Shown here: positions 28,352-38,032 of the stretch, piece by piece
Layout: each line of letters opens with the position of its first letter
Numbering within the stretch: position 1 is the first letter of the stretch
Origin: Planctomycetota bacterium
GTDB lineage: Bacteria > Planctomycetota > B15-G4 > JADJEK01
Assembly (NCBI GenBank): GCA_044225365.1
Contig: JBGAIQ010000023.1
Span: 1-64,000, forward strand
Length of the DNA stretch: 64,000 nucleotides
Direction of reading: 5' to 3'
Program-made: the position numbers and the translations under genes
Notes under the pieces: model-generated
What the model was told of the DNA's origin: nothing
Seen by the model: the letters and a program-made list of their open reading frames with translations, nothing else
Databases searched by the model: none

Positions 28352-30321
28352 CAGGAGAGACCCGTCAGCGCGAACAGGACGACGAGCACGACGAGGACGT
28401 AGAGCACGTAGATGCCGGTTCGCCCTTGCTGGAGGATTCGGACGCGATTCAACGCGGACGCGAGCCGGCGGAACCAAGGCTGGACGCCGCGTTCGAGCAG
28501 CGGATCGTCGTCGACCGTCGACGAGAGCTCCGATTTCTCCGGGAACACGCCGGCGATGCGGGGTGCGGCCGATCGCTTCGGCACCACCCATGACGCCGCT
28601 TCCGCGAGCATCTGCGAGGACGACGATGCCGTGTACTGCATGCGTGCGGAGGGCTTCGCGTAACCGCAGTCCCAGGTCACGGACTTCTTCGCGCTGCGCG
28701 CGCGGATCCGCAGCACGCCGAAGATCACGAAGAACAACCCGACGAGGACGAGGCCGACGAAGGAGAGTTCGACCAGCGGAGCGAGATCGATGAGCGCGGG
28801 CGACCCGTCGCCCATTCCCGCGGCATGGACCGCGCGCTCGAGGAGCGGCGCGACGAAACGCGACAGGAAACCGATCGCGACGCACGCGATCGCGAGGCAC
28901 GTCATCGGCATGCGCATCGAGGCCGGGATCTCGTGGGCGCGGGCGACGACATCCGAGCGCGGCTGCCCGAGGAACGTCGCCGCGAACATCCGGGCGAAGG
29001 CGGCGAGCGCGACGGCGCTCGCGAACGCGAGGGCCGCAGCCGCGAATGCGGCGGCGCGCGGCGCGCCGTCCGAACCCGCGATGCGGAAGAGCGCGAGGAA
29101 CACGAGGAGTTCGCTCACGAAGCCGTTCAGTGGCGGCACGGCCGAGAGCGACAGTACGGCGATGAGCATGCGCCGGCTCGTGGCGCCGAGCTTTGCACCG
29201 AGACCACCGAGACGTTCGAACCGACGCGTGCTCGTCGCATGCAGCACCGAGCCTGCGGCTAGGAAAGCGAGCGGCTTCATCACCGAGTGATTGAGGACGT
29301 GCAGGAGCGCGCCGGCGAGCCCGAGCATCGCGACCTCGACGTGTCCCATCGCTTGCCCGACGAAGGCCGCGCCGATCCCGATGAAGATCACGCCGACGTT
29401 CTCCACGCTGCTGTACGCGAGCATCCGTTTCAGGTCGTTCTGCGCGACGGCGTTCAGCGCGCCGAACACGGCCGAAGCGCAGCCGAGGAACATCAGGAGG
29501 TAGCCCCACTCCGCGACGGGCGGTCCCAGCACCGTTCCCGCCCGCAGAACGCCGTAGACGCCGACCTTCAGCACGACTCCGGAAAGCACCGCCGACACGT
29601 GGCTCGGCGCCGTCGCGTGCGCGCCGGGCAACCAGACATGCATGGGCGCGAGGCCGGCCTTGAGCCCAAAACCGACGACCGCCAGCACGAAGAGGATCGT
29701 GGCGGCATGCGGCGCGATCTCCCTCGCCTCGTCCCACGCGAAGGACCCGGTCTCGCGATGCAGGAACGCGAAGTAAAGGAAGAGGACGAGCGCGCCGATG
29801 TGGGCCGCGACGAGGTAGACCCACGACGCCGCGCGAGCTTCTTCGTCGTCGTCCTCGGTGCCGATCAGGAAGAACGCGGTGATCGCCATCGCTTCCCACG
29901 CGATGAGGAGCGCGATCCCATCGGCAGCGACGAGGACGAGCGTCATGGCAGCGGCGAGGAGACCGAAGAAGGCGCGCAGTCGGCGAGCCTGCGCGCGGCG
30001 ATCCCGCTCGTTGAAGTACCCGAGCCCGTACCAGGCGAGCAGCACGGGTACGCCGAACACGGGTAAGAGGAAGCAGGAAGCCAGCGCATCGAGTCGGAAC
30101 GACAGCGGGCCGAACATGAATCCGTCGAAGGACGCCGTCGACGCGTCTTGCTGGCCGAGCAGGATCGCCATTGTCGCAGAGAGTCCGAACGCCGCGGCGA
30201 CGAGGAGGAAGGCCACTCCAAGTCGATCTCCGGTGTCCTTGCCGCGCGACGGCAGAAGGCCGACGATTCCGCTCGCAGCTTGCAGGCTCGCCGCCATCAA
30301 CACGGCGTCGAGCGGCGTCAT
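28351..30321 (-). CDS. hyfB: HyfB-like antiporter-type membrane subunit
   Basis: Start moved to ATG 30321 (ATGA overlap); AWEAM, KAGLAPMHVWLPGAH..APSHVSA, KRMLAYSSVEN, PPLNGFVSE, TWDCGY, MQYT. Confidence 0.9.
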   Translation of the reverse strand: MTPLDAVLMAASLQAASGIVGLLPSRGKDTGDRLGVAFLLVAAAFGLSATMAILLGQQDASTASFDGFMFGPLSFRLDALASCFLLPVFGVPVLLAWYGLGYFNERDRRAQARRLRAFFGLLAAAMTLVLVAADGIALLIAWEAMAITAFFLIGTEDDDEEARAASWVYLVAAHIGALVLFLYFAFLHRETGSFAWDEAREIAPHAATILFVLAVVGFGLKAGLAPMHVWLPGAHATAPSHVSAVLSGVVLKVGVYGVLRAGTVLGPPVAEWGYLLMFLGCASAVFGALNAVAQNDLKRMLAYSSVENVGVIFIGIGAAFVGQAMGHVEVAMLGLAGALLHVLNHSVMKPLAFLAAGSVLHATSTRRFERLGGLGAKLGATSRRMLIAVLSLSAVPPLNGFVSELLVFLALFRIAGSDGAPRAAAFAAAALAFASAVALAAFARMFAATFLGQPRSDVVARAHEIPASMRMPMTCLAIACVAIGFLSRFVAPLLERAVHAAGMGDGSPALIDLAPLVELSFVGLVLVGLFFVIFGVLRIRARSAKKSVTWDCGYAKPSARMQYTASSSSQMLAEAASWVVPKRSAAPRIAGVFPEKSELSSTVDDDPLLERGVQPWFRRLASALNRVRILQQGRTGIYVLYVLVVLVVLFALTGLS

Positions 30322-31031
30322 GAGGGCGTTCCCGCTGCAGGAGGATTCGACACGCGCGTCTCGGCTGCTGCGAGGATCTCCATGAAGTGCGATGCGGTTC
30401 GATTGCGCGTCGGATCGAGGAGCGCGGCGCGAACACTCTTCTCCTGCAGTACGAAGCCGAGTCGCGATAGAAGCTGCAGGTGGACGCGCGTCGTCGGTGA
30501 GACGAGCAGGAAGATCGCGTGGACCGGTTTCTTGTCGATGGCGCCGAACTCGATCCCACGCTTCAAGAGCGCGAGGACGAGGACCGGCTCCTTCACGCGG
30601 AGCACGATCGGCGTGCGGACGTGCGGGATCGCGATCCCGTCGCCGATTCCGGTCGAAGCGAGCGCCTCGCGCGCGAGCAGGATGTCGAGCAATGCCTCCC
30701 GGTCGACACCGCGCGGCAGTTCGATCGCTCGGATCATCGCGGCGAGCGCCTCCCGTCGATCGTTCGCTTCGAGTTCGTCGAGGATGGCCCCCGCGCCGAG
30801 CGCCTCCGTCAGCGTGGGCGCGGACGCGGCGCGAATCCCCGACGAGTCGTCGATCCACGACGCGGGCAGCTTGATCCCGCGCTCCGTTGCCCACTCGAAC
30901 ACGGCGGCGGCATTGAAACGCAACTGACCGTCGATGTCGGAGACCGGGAGCCCCTCTTGCTCCACCCAGCGTCGGACCTCTTTCTCGGTCACCCCGAGGC
31001 GAGTCACGACATCCTTCATGCTGAGTCGCAT
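30318..31031 (-). CDS. Excisionase-like HTH fused to a PTS EIIA (PtsN/Fru-type) domain
   Basis: Start moved to ATG 31031; N-terminal LGVTEKEVRRWV...LP HTH; RE...STGIGDGIAIPHVR with the phospho-acceptor His; HLQLLSRL. Confidence 0.85.
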   Translation of the reverse strand: MRLSMKDVVTRLGVTEKEVRRWVEQEGLPVSDIDGQLRFNAAAVFEWATERGIKLPASWIDDSSGIRAASAPTLTEALGAGAILDELEANDRREALAAMIRAIELPRGVDREALLDILLAREALASTGIGDGIAIPHVRTPIVLRVKEPVLVLALLKRGIEFGAIDKKPVHAIFLLVSPTTRVHLQLLSRLGFVLQEKSVRAALLDPTRNRTASHFMEILAAAETRVSNPPAAGTPS

Positions 31032-31106
31032 TGCTGGTCGCGCCCGCTCTGCCGCGTGGCGCCTGTGCGACACCCTGCCACCGCGAAATCGCGCGCAGCG
31101 AGGGCG

Positions 31107-31150
31107 CCGGTGAAAACACCGGAGAGTAGTCGTCGCCGGTCGGTTGTAAA
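31107..31150 (-). promoter_or_regulatory. Putative sigma70 promoter of the PTS-Ehr operon with an adjacent palindrome
   Basis: Minus strand TTTACA (31150-31145), 16-nt spacer, TACTCT (31128-31123), then CCGGTG-TTTT-CACCGG (31122-31107). Confidence 0.45.
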
Positions 31151-31210
31151 GCCGGATCGCGAATTGAACGCGGCGAACCCGGACCGTTGCCGAAGCCTCG
31201 ATCCAGAGCT

Positions 31211-31927
31211 TCAAGATGGATGCGGACTCCAGTCGCCGAACTCCTCGATGCGAGACACGAATTCGACGATCGCGTCAGCGGCTTCGCCGGGGCGAACCTG
31301 CAGGATCCAATGCGGTCCTTCGAGCGCGACGACGCGCGCGGTCGGCTGGATGCGGCGCAGCAATTCGGTTGCCCTCGGCGGAACGACTCGATCCCTCGTG
31401 CCGGTGAGGATCATGATCGGCGCCGTGATCCTCGCGAGTTCGGCCGTGACGTCGACCGCGAGCACCGCGGACAGTCGGGACCGCAGGACGGCAGGCGACA
31501 CCTTCGCGAGCGCCGCGACGAAGTCGAGGCGTAGTCTCGAACTCAAAGAGCGACTCAGACACCGAGCGATGAAGGGCGCACCCAGGATTACCGAGGGTAT
31601 GAAGCGAACGAGCGCCTGCAGCAGCCGAGCCATCGGTATCGGAGTTCGCGCGAACGTACCGCATAGAACGAGGCCCTTCACGCGTGCGCCATGCTTCGCG
31701 GCGAGCGAGATCGCGATCGGGCCGGAGAAGGACTCTCCAAGGAGTACGACGGAATCGAATCGCAGCAACAGGTCCTCCGCGCATCGCTCGAGCTGTGCGG
31801 TCGTGAGATCCTGGGTCGTGGGATAACTTCCTGCTTCAACGGGCACTCGCGATCCCATCGCGGCGATCAGATCGCGGAAGAGGTCGCCGGTTCCATCCAT
31901 CCCGGGGAGTAGAACCAATGTGTTCAT
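31211..31927 (-). CDS. Alpha/beta hydrolase
   Basis: LLPGMDGTG, GESFSG nucleophile elbow, DRVV, GPH. Confidence 0.85.
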   Translation of the reverse strand: MNTLVLLPGMDGTGDLFRDLIAAMGSRVPVEAGSYPTTQDLTTAQLERCAEDLLLRFDSVVLLGESFSGPIAISLAAKHGARVKGLVLCGTFARTPIPMARLLQALVRFIPSVILGAPFIARCLSRSLSSRLRLDFVAALAKVSPAVLRSRLSAVLAVDVTAELARITAPIMILTGTRDRVVPPRATELLRRIQPTARVVALEGPHWILQVRPGEAADAIVEFVSRIEEFGDWSPHPS

Positions 31928-31952
31928 GGGCGCAGGATCGTCGACTGCGATG

Positions 31953-32375
31953 TCATCGCACGTGCCGCCGGTAGAACGAAACGACGACCGCCGCCGCGAG
32001 GACGTGCACCGCCATTCCTATGAAATCGATCGCGTAGTGGATCCACACCCCGTTGGGATCGGGGTCGGGTCCGAGCGTTCGAAGATAAGCATTTCGTATG
32101 ATGGCGAGAGCGAGGCCCGTCATGATCGCCATGCTCGAGAGCAAAGCGATCCAGAACGTGCCGACGCGCCCCGCACGTAGGTAGCGAGGAACGAGCACGA
32201 GGTGATGGAAATACGTCGTGCACGAATACGCCAGCATCAACGATGCCGTGGTGATCGCCGCGAGTCCGAGCGTCGGATGGAATCCACGCGTGACGAAGAA
32301 CCAGACGACCGATACCGCGAGCCACGCGAGGAGCGAGAGCTCGAGCCCTCTCCTCGACTTCGCGGCGTAACTCAC
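31953..32375 (-). CDS. Small 4-TM hypothetical membrane protein
   Basis: GTG 32375 overlaps the upstream stop (GTGA); four hydrophobic segments. Confidence 0.6.
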   Translation of the reverse strand: MSYAAKSRRGLELSLLAWLAVSVVWFFVTRGFHPTLGLAAITTASLMLAYSCTTYFHHLVLVPRYLRAGRVGTFWIALLSSMAIMTGLALAIIRNAYLRTLGPDPDPNGVWIHYAIDFIGMAVHVLAAAVVVSFYRRHVR

Positions 32376-32797
32376 GGAGTCGGTTTCCGCCGTTGGCTTT
32401 TCTGGACCTTCGTGCGCTTGGACGAGGCGGCCGCCCTCTCGGCCAGTCTCGCCTTGACGAGCCTGCGAACGAGGGCAACGGGCAGGGGATTCTTCGCGTC
32501 GAAGCGCAGCGTTCCCTTGCTCGTGTCGTAGCGAGCGGCGTCGCGCCCGAGAGCCGCGATGGGATACGCACCTGGGTATATCGCGCAGTGCTTCGTGGCC
32601 GCGCCGAACGAGATCAGCATCCTGCCCTCGAATCGAAACGTCGGCACCTGATAGCTGATGCACTCCTCGGCCGTCGGAACGATGGTTCGGATGTCGCGCC
32701 GCAATTTCTCGAGCGCGACTCGCTGGTCGTCCGGGATGCGGGCGAGATACTCGTCGATCGTCTTCGGCGGGGACGGCACGGTCGTTCCTCCGATCAT
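32372..32797 (-). CDS. DUF1801 / YdhG-like protein
   Basis: TIDEYLA, P.AEECISYQVPTF, SKGTLRF, LP..LVRRLVKAR. Start is ATG 32797 (ATGA overlap) or GTG 32779 (GGAGG RBS). Confidence 0.85.
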   Translation of the reverse strand: MIGGTTVPSPPKTIDEYLARIPDDQRVALEKLRRDIRTIVPTAEECISYQVPTFRFEGRMLISFGAATKHCAIYPGAYPIAALGRDAARYDTSKGTLRFDAKNPLPVALVRRLVKARLAERAAASSKRTKVQKSQRRKPTP

Positions 32798-33324
32798 TTC
32801 ATCGCGGGAAGATAACGTTCGTGCAAGACGCGCATGTGATGGATGACGTGGCCCGCAGTGATATACGCGAGCGCGCGAACGGTCACCGGATTCCCGCTCG
32901 CGAGGCCCCGCCGCGACCAGGCCTCGTTCGGGAGATCCGCGAACAGCGCGAGTGATGCGGCGCGTACCGCTGCGAACTCCGACACGAGACTGGCCCACGA
33001 CCGCTCGTCCGCCCGGGAATGCGCGACCGCGTCGTCCTGCTCGAAACTCGGCAGCGCGGAGTCGAAGCCGCGGGCAAACCAGAAGGCGCGAAAGCAGAAC
33101 AGCCGCTCACCGTCGTTGATGTGGCTCAGGACCTGCCGAATACTCCACTTGCCCTCCGCATACCGAAACTTCGACTGCGGCTCGGTGATTCCCCGCAATA
33201 CGGCAAGCGTCTCCGGGAGCTGCGACTCGAGCGTTTGCACGATGTCGCCCCGACCGACCTTGTCGATGTACGTGAAGTAGTATTCGGCGGCCTCGGATCG
33301 ATCTGGCGCGGTGATCTTCGTCAT
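32794..33324 (-). CDS. DinB-family protein
   Basis: YAEGKWSIRQVLSHINDGER, AGH..HH; start ATG 33324. Confidence 0.85.
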   Translation of the reverse strand: MTKITAPDRSEAAEYYFTYIDKVGRGDIVQTLESQLPETLAVLRGITEPQSKFRYAEGKWSIRQVLSHINDGERLFCFRAFWFARGFDSALPSFEQDDAVAHSRADERSWASLVSEFAAVRAASLALFADLPNEAWSRRGLASGNPVTVRALAYITAGHVIHHMRVLHERYLPAMK

Positions 33325-33400
33325 GAAATCGCTCGTCCTTCGCGGCGTCGCCACGGTACGCACCCCTTCGTGAGGGCGCAACGCGGAACACGTCGCAGTG

Positions 33401-34267
33401 TCAGGCGTTCGCGACGCGAGCCCGCACGATTCGCGTCACGCCGCCGACCTGGATCGTCTTCCCCTCGCGGGTTCGTTCGAGAGCGGTCGAGAACTCCCTC
33501 TCCCAGGCGAGTTGATCCGATGCGGGCAGTTCGTTGAGCAGTCGGGTAAGTCCCATCGCGCGAGTCCACTCGATGACGTCGGCGGTCGATTCGGATTCGA
33601 ATACAGGAACGGCCATTTCCTCGACGAGATCCACTGCGAATCCGGCGTGCCCGAAGTCGCGTTCGATCCGCTCGAGGTGGGCGAAGCGAAATGCTCCAGG
33701 AGACTCGAAATCGATCGCTGGCACCGGGCGACGAGTGGCGAGGATGCTGCGGGGCAATGTGTAATAAGGCACGCGTTCCGGCTCCGCCCAGAGCGCTGCA
33801 ATCAAGATTCCGTCGCCTCGCAGAGCGCGACGCACCGTCGCGAGGGCCGCACCCGGCGCCGACATGTACATCAGCCCCCACCGCGCGGTCGCGACGTGGA
33901 AATGCGCGGAAGGAAGTGTCGCTATGGTCTCCGCATCCCCAGCGCGCAATTCGATATTGATCAAGCCTTCGGCGCGGGCCCGGCTCCGTGCCATCTCCAA
34001 CACGCGGTCGTCGCGTTCGACCCCGACGACGCTGCCCGTGGGACCCACGCAGTGCGCTGCCGGAATCGCCGGTTCGCCACGCCCCGTCGCGATGTCGAGC
34101 ACTCGCATCCCGGGGCGAAGCCCCGCGATGTCGAGCATTCGCGCGCTGACGCCCGATGTGAGCTTCGCTTCGACCGCGTCGTAACGGCGCCAGATCTCTT
34201 CGTGGGACACGAGCGGTCGGCTCTGCCTCGGATTCTTTCCGTCGCTCGCCCGAGGATCTTGAGTCAT
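33401..34267 (-). CDS. Class I SAM-dependent methyltransferase
   Basis: VLDIATGRGEP, GDAE, RWGLMY; start ATG 34267 is approximate. Confidence 0.85.
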   Translation of the reverse strand: MTQDPRASDGKNPRQSRPLVSHEEIWRRYDAVEAKLTSGVSARMLDIAGLRPGMRVLDIATGRGEPAIPAAHCVGPTGSVVGVERDDRVLEMARSRARAEGLINIELRAGDAETIATLPSAHFHVATARWGLMYMSAPGAALATVRRALRGDGILIAALWAEPERVPYYTLPRSILATRRPVPAIDFESPGAFRFAHLERIERDFGHAGFAVDLVEEMAVPVFESESTADVIEWTRAMGLTRLLNELPASDQLAWEREFSTALERTREGKTIQVGGVTRIVRARVANA

Positions 34268-34463
34268 TTCGTGGGTTCCGTTCGAAGGAGCCCAAGAATG
34301 GTGCGCGAGGCCGCGGAAAGCAAGATCCGGCGTTTCAACGTCGAGAGCGATCGACCTCGATTGCAGGGCGATCTCGCAATGCTCCAGATCCACATCCCCA
34401 TGCAAACCGATGAGTGGGCACGGTCGAAAGGGTCGACCGCAGGTCCGCCGGGAGATTGGTGCC

Positions 34464-34850
34464 ATGCGAAACATCCTCATCGTCGATGACGACTGCGAGC
34501 TGCTCGACATCTTCGTTCGCGAACTCTCTGATCAGGATCCTGATTGGAATGTCGTCGGCGTGACCAATGGCGAGCAGGCGCGACTCGCGCTGCGGTCGAC
34601 GCCGATGGATCTGATGATCACCGACATCCACATGCCGGATCAGAACGGCCTGTCCCTCATTCTCGATGCGCGAACGATCCGGCCGGAGATCCAGGTGATC
34701 GCGATGTCGGGCCAGCGCGATTTCGGAGGCATGGATCTCTTCGAATGGGCGGAGTCGTTCGGGTCTGCTGCGATGATCGAGAAGCCGTTCCGCCTCGCCG
34801 AATTCGTTCAGACCGTGCGTGGAGCGCTCGCCCCATCCGCAGCTGCATGA
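34464..34850 (+). CDS. Stand-alone CheY-like response regulator
   Basis: ILIVDDD, ITDIHMP..NG, AMSG, EKPF; GGAG upstream of ATG 34464. Confidence 0.9.
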   Translation: MRNILIVDDDCELLDIFVRELSDQDPDWNVVGVTNGEQARLALRSTPMDLMITDIHMPDQNGLSLILDARTIRPEIQVIAMSGQRDFGGMDLFEWAESFGSAAMIEKPFRLAEFVQTVRGALAPSAAA

Positions 34851-34947
34851 GCGTCGAGCCCTCGTTACTTCCGGCTTACCCCGGAAACTGAACACGTCGA
34901 TTACCTTCGGCCGAAACGGGTCGGACCGTTTCACTGGAGGATCGACG

Positions 34948-36483
34948 ATGTGGATCACGATTCGGCGCGCGGAATCGACGGCCTTCGGCTGCCTCCTCGC
35001 ACTCTTCTCTTGTTCATCGGGGGCGAGCCCGGATGTCTGTCAGGTCCCGCCCGGGAAGATCGCCGTGCTCATCCGTCTCGATGGCAGGGAACTGCCCGAG
35101 GGTGAATTCATCGCGCCGACGGTGAAGGACGACGAGCCCCCGTACCAGGGCGTGCAGCTCGACGTATTACCACCGGGCTATCACCCCCAGGTCCGATCGA
35201 ATCATTATCGCTGGGAGTTGTTCCCTCAGGTCGTCGTGCCTTCCGACAGCGTCGGCGTCATGGTGCGGCTGTTCGGGGAATCGTTGCCCGAAGGGCAGAT
35301 CTTCGCGGACGAGAACCCGGACGACGAGAAGAAGGGGATCCTGCGCAAGGGGATCCTCGCGAAGACGCTCGGTCCCGGAACGCACTTCATCAACCTACGC
35401 GCCTTCGACGTCATCGTCGCTCCCCGCGTCTCGCTCGGACCGGGACAGGTCGGAATCGTGACTCGGCTCTATGGGAATCAGCCTGCCGACCCGAATGCGT
35501 TCATCGTCGGTCCGAACGAACGAGGAGTGCAGAGCGCGCCGCTCCCGCCCGGCGCTCACTACATCAATCCCTATACCGATCTCGTGATGCCGATGTCGCG
35601 CGAGTCGCAGCGAATCGATCTGAAGGCGCCGGGTCGCAGGGTTCGCTCGCCCACGCTCGACGGTTTCGACGTCGCGCTCAACGGCACGATCGAATGGGCC
35701 GTGCCGGAGGAAGCCGCGCCGCTCGCATTTGCGCGGTACGGCAACATCGACAAGATCCAGGACACGCTCCTGATGCCCGCGACGCGCGCCGTGTCGCGCG
35801 AGCAGGGTCTGCGCACTGCGGTTCGCGACTTCCTGTCGAGCGCGCGCCTGCTCGCCTTCCAGAACAACACCGAAGCCGACCTGAAGGCCCTCGTCGAGAA
35901 AGAAGGCATCGAGGTCCAGGATCTCACGGTCAGCGGCGTCGAGCCGCCTTCGGCACTCGCCGAAGTGATCCAGTTCCGCGAGGCTTCGTCGCTCACGCGC
36001 GAGCAGTATCTCGCCGAGATCGAGAAGGCGAAGAGCACGTTCGACGTGTTGCGCGCTCAGGTCGGCGAAGAACGCCCGGAAGCCCTCGCCAAGGAAAAGA
36101 AGTCGTCGCTCGAGAAGACCGGTCTCGTCGCGAAGCAGAAGAGCGAGATCGAGAACTACCAGAATGCGATTCGGGAGCGCGTCGCGACCGACAAGCAGCG
36201 CGCGGAGGTCGACGCCGCGGAGATCCGTCGCAAGGCCGAGATCGAAGCCGCCTCGATCCGGCGTGCGTCGGATCTCGAAGTCGCGGCGCTGAAGCCGCTC
36301 ATCGACGCGCATGGGGGCGGCGTCGCGTACGCACGCAGCCTGGCGATCGAGCGAATGGTGCCGCGCCTGCAATCCGTCTCGGCGGACATCGATGGCCCGC
36401 TCGGCGCCATGTTGCGAAATCTCGCTACGGATCCGTCTGCGAACCCGAGCCCCGCCCCGAAGAAGGAGGAGAAGCAGCAATGA
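34948..36483 (+). CDS. Large SPFH/band-7 protein with three N-terminal repeats (putative lipoprotein)
   Basis: GGAGG RBS; LFSC lipobox-like; three G.V.V.R..G...GVQ..L.PG units; TLDGFDV...GTIEW SPFH core; C-terminal coiled coil. Confidence 0.75.
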   Translation: MWITIRRAESTAFGCLLALFSCSSGASPDVCQVPPGKIAVLIRLDGRELPEGEFIAPTVKDDEPPYQGVQLDVLPPGYHPQVRSNHYRWELFPQVVVPSDSVGVMVRLFGESLPEGQIFADENPDDEKKGILRKGILAKTLGPGTHFINLRAFDVIVAPRVSLGPGQVGIVTRLYGNQPADPNAFIVGPNERGVQSAPLPPGAHYINPYTDLVMPMSRESQRIDLKAPGRRVRSPTLDGFDVALNGTIEWAVPEEAAPLAFARYGNIDKIQDTLLMPATRAVSREQGLRTAVRDFLSSARLLAFQNNTEADLKALVEKEGIEVQDLTVSGVEPPSALAEVIQFREASSLTREQYLAEIEKAKSTFDVLRAQVGEERPEALAKEKKSSLEKTGLVAKQKSEIENYQNAIRERVATDKQRAEVDAAEIRRKAEIEAASIRRASDLEVAALKPLIDAHGGGVAYARSLAIERMVPRLQSVSADIDGPLGAMLRNLATDPSANPSPAPKKEEKQQ

Positions 36484-37937
36484 GCACCCCACATCCTGGA
36501 TCCCGATCGATTCGCGCCCTGGCGGCCCTCAGTGTCCTGTTCGCTCCCCGCCTCTTCGCCGGCCAGGAAACCGTCGATGTCGGCGCGAGCGAGTGTCTCG
36601 TCGTCATCTCGCGCACCGGGTCGGACCTGAAGAAGGGCCAGATCTTCGCGACCGCGGGTCAGATGGGCATCCGCGATCGGGTCTTCACGGCCGGTCGCTA
36701 CCTCCTCGACCCCGATACGCAGACGTGGGAGAAGCATCCGTTGATCCACATCGGCGCGGGATCGCCGATGATCAACGGAGCCACGGGAAAGACGCCGGAG
36801 GTCGGCGTCGTCACGGCGCTCCTCGGCGATCCACTCCCCGACGGTCAGATCCTCGCGGAGCCCGGTCAGCGAGGGATCCAGCGGCGCGTGCTCACGCCCG
36901 GCAACTACGCGCTCAATCCGTACGCGTTCAAGGTCGAGGTCATGCCGGCGACCGTGATCGCCCCCGGCCAGGTCGGCGTCGTGACGCGCCTCGTCGGATC
37001 GCTCACCACGAACGACTTCGCCGAGCCCACGGAGCGCGGTATCCAGAAATCGGTCCTCGCTCCGGGAACCTACTTCCTCAACCCGTACGAAGTGTCGGTC
37101 ACTCGGATCGCGGTCGGGTTTCGCGAGCTCACGTTCGACGGCCCGCTCGCAATCACGTTTCCGTCTTCGGATTCCTATCCGATCCAATGCGAGGTCACCG
37201 TCGTCTGGGGCATCCTCGCGAGCGACGCACCGCATCTCGTGAAGCGATTCGGTTCCGAGAGCAACCTGATCGATCGCGTGCTGAAGCCGCAGGTCGAGTA
37301 CATCATCCGCTCCGCGGGCAGCGATCTTGCCGCGAAGGACTTCGTCGATGGCGCCGCACGCGGCCGTTTCCAACAGAAGATCCAGGACGACCTGAAGAAG
37401 GCGCTCGAGGCCAAGAACGTGCGCGCCGAACTCGCGCTCGTGCGCAGCGTCGACGTACCCGAGGCGGTCCGAAAGCCCATTCAGGTGGCCAAGATCGCGG
37501 AGGAAGAGACCCTCACGAACAAGGCGCGCGAGCAGACCATCTCCGCGCATACCGAGCTGGTGAAGGTCACCTCGCAACAGCAACTCGTCGTCGCGGAGGC
37601 GAAGGGAGAGACCGAGCGCCTCGTCGGCGAAGAGCGGAGCCGGGCCCTCGCCGAAGCCTCCCGAATCAATGCCGATTTCGAACTCGAGAAGTCTCGATTT
37701 GCCGCCGAGAACGCCACCGCGAAGGCGGAGATCGATGCGATCCTCGACGCGGCGAAGGCCGACGCCGAGCGTCTCGTGGCCGCCGCAAAGGCCGAAGCGG
37801 AAGCGAAGCGCGTCGCCCTCTTCGGGTCGAGCGACGCTTACGCGCTCTATCGATTCGCGACCCATCTCTCGGACAACTTGAAGTTCGAGCTCAACTCTCC
37901 CGCGACGCAGGCACGCGACGTACCCACCGTTCACTGA
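36480..37937 (+). CDS. Second large SPFH/band-7 paralog with three N-terminal repeats
   Basis: ATGA overlap with the previous gene; GVVT..G...RGIQ..VL.PG.Y.LNPY repeats; FPSSDSYPI..VTVVW; Ala/Glu-rich coiled coil. Confidence 0.8.
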   Translation: MSTPHPGSRSIRALAALSVLFAPRLFAGQETVDVGASECLVVISRTGSDLKKGQIFATAGQMGIRDRVFTAGRYLLDPDTQTWEKHPLIHIGAGSPMINGATGKTPEVGVVTALLGDPLPDGQILAEPGQRGIQRRVLTPGNYALNPYAFKVEVMPATVIAPGQVGVVTRLVGSLTTNDFAEPTERGIQKSVLAPGTYFLNPYEVSVTRIAVGFRELTFDGPLAITFPSSDSYPIQCEVTVVWGILASDAPHLVKRFGSESNLIDRVLKPQVEYIIRSAGSDLAAKDFVDGAARGRFQQKIQDDLKKALEAKNVRAELALVRSVDVPEAVRKPIQVAKIAEEETLTNKAREQTISAHTELVKVTSQQQLVVAEAKGETERLVGEERSRALAEASRINADFELEKSRFAAENATAKAEIDAILDAAKADAERLVAAAKAEAEAKRVALFGSSDAYALYRFATHLSDNLKFELNSPATQARDVPTVH

Positions 37938-38032
37938 CCCTCGGGCCGAAGACGAACTCCGACGAACGGGTGCCATCTCGGATCGGACTCCGTAGGATTC
38001 CGATCGCCCATTCCTAAGCTCGGGCGATCGGC

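Noticed and set aside
27449-31119. Very long N-terminal extensions in the ORF track (1036-aa and 922-aa forms; likewise 18949..21585 and 35694..37937)
   Set aside because: The extensions are alternate frames over the upstream gene. The real starts overlap the upstream stop codons.
31032-31210. Fluoride riboswitch, which is known upstream of some formate-hydrogenlyase-like genes
   Set aside because: The GATGG...CTRATGAC...TAC core is not present on the coding strand.
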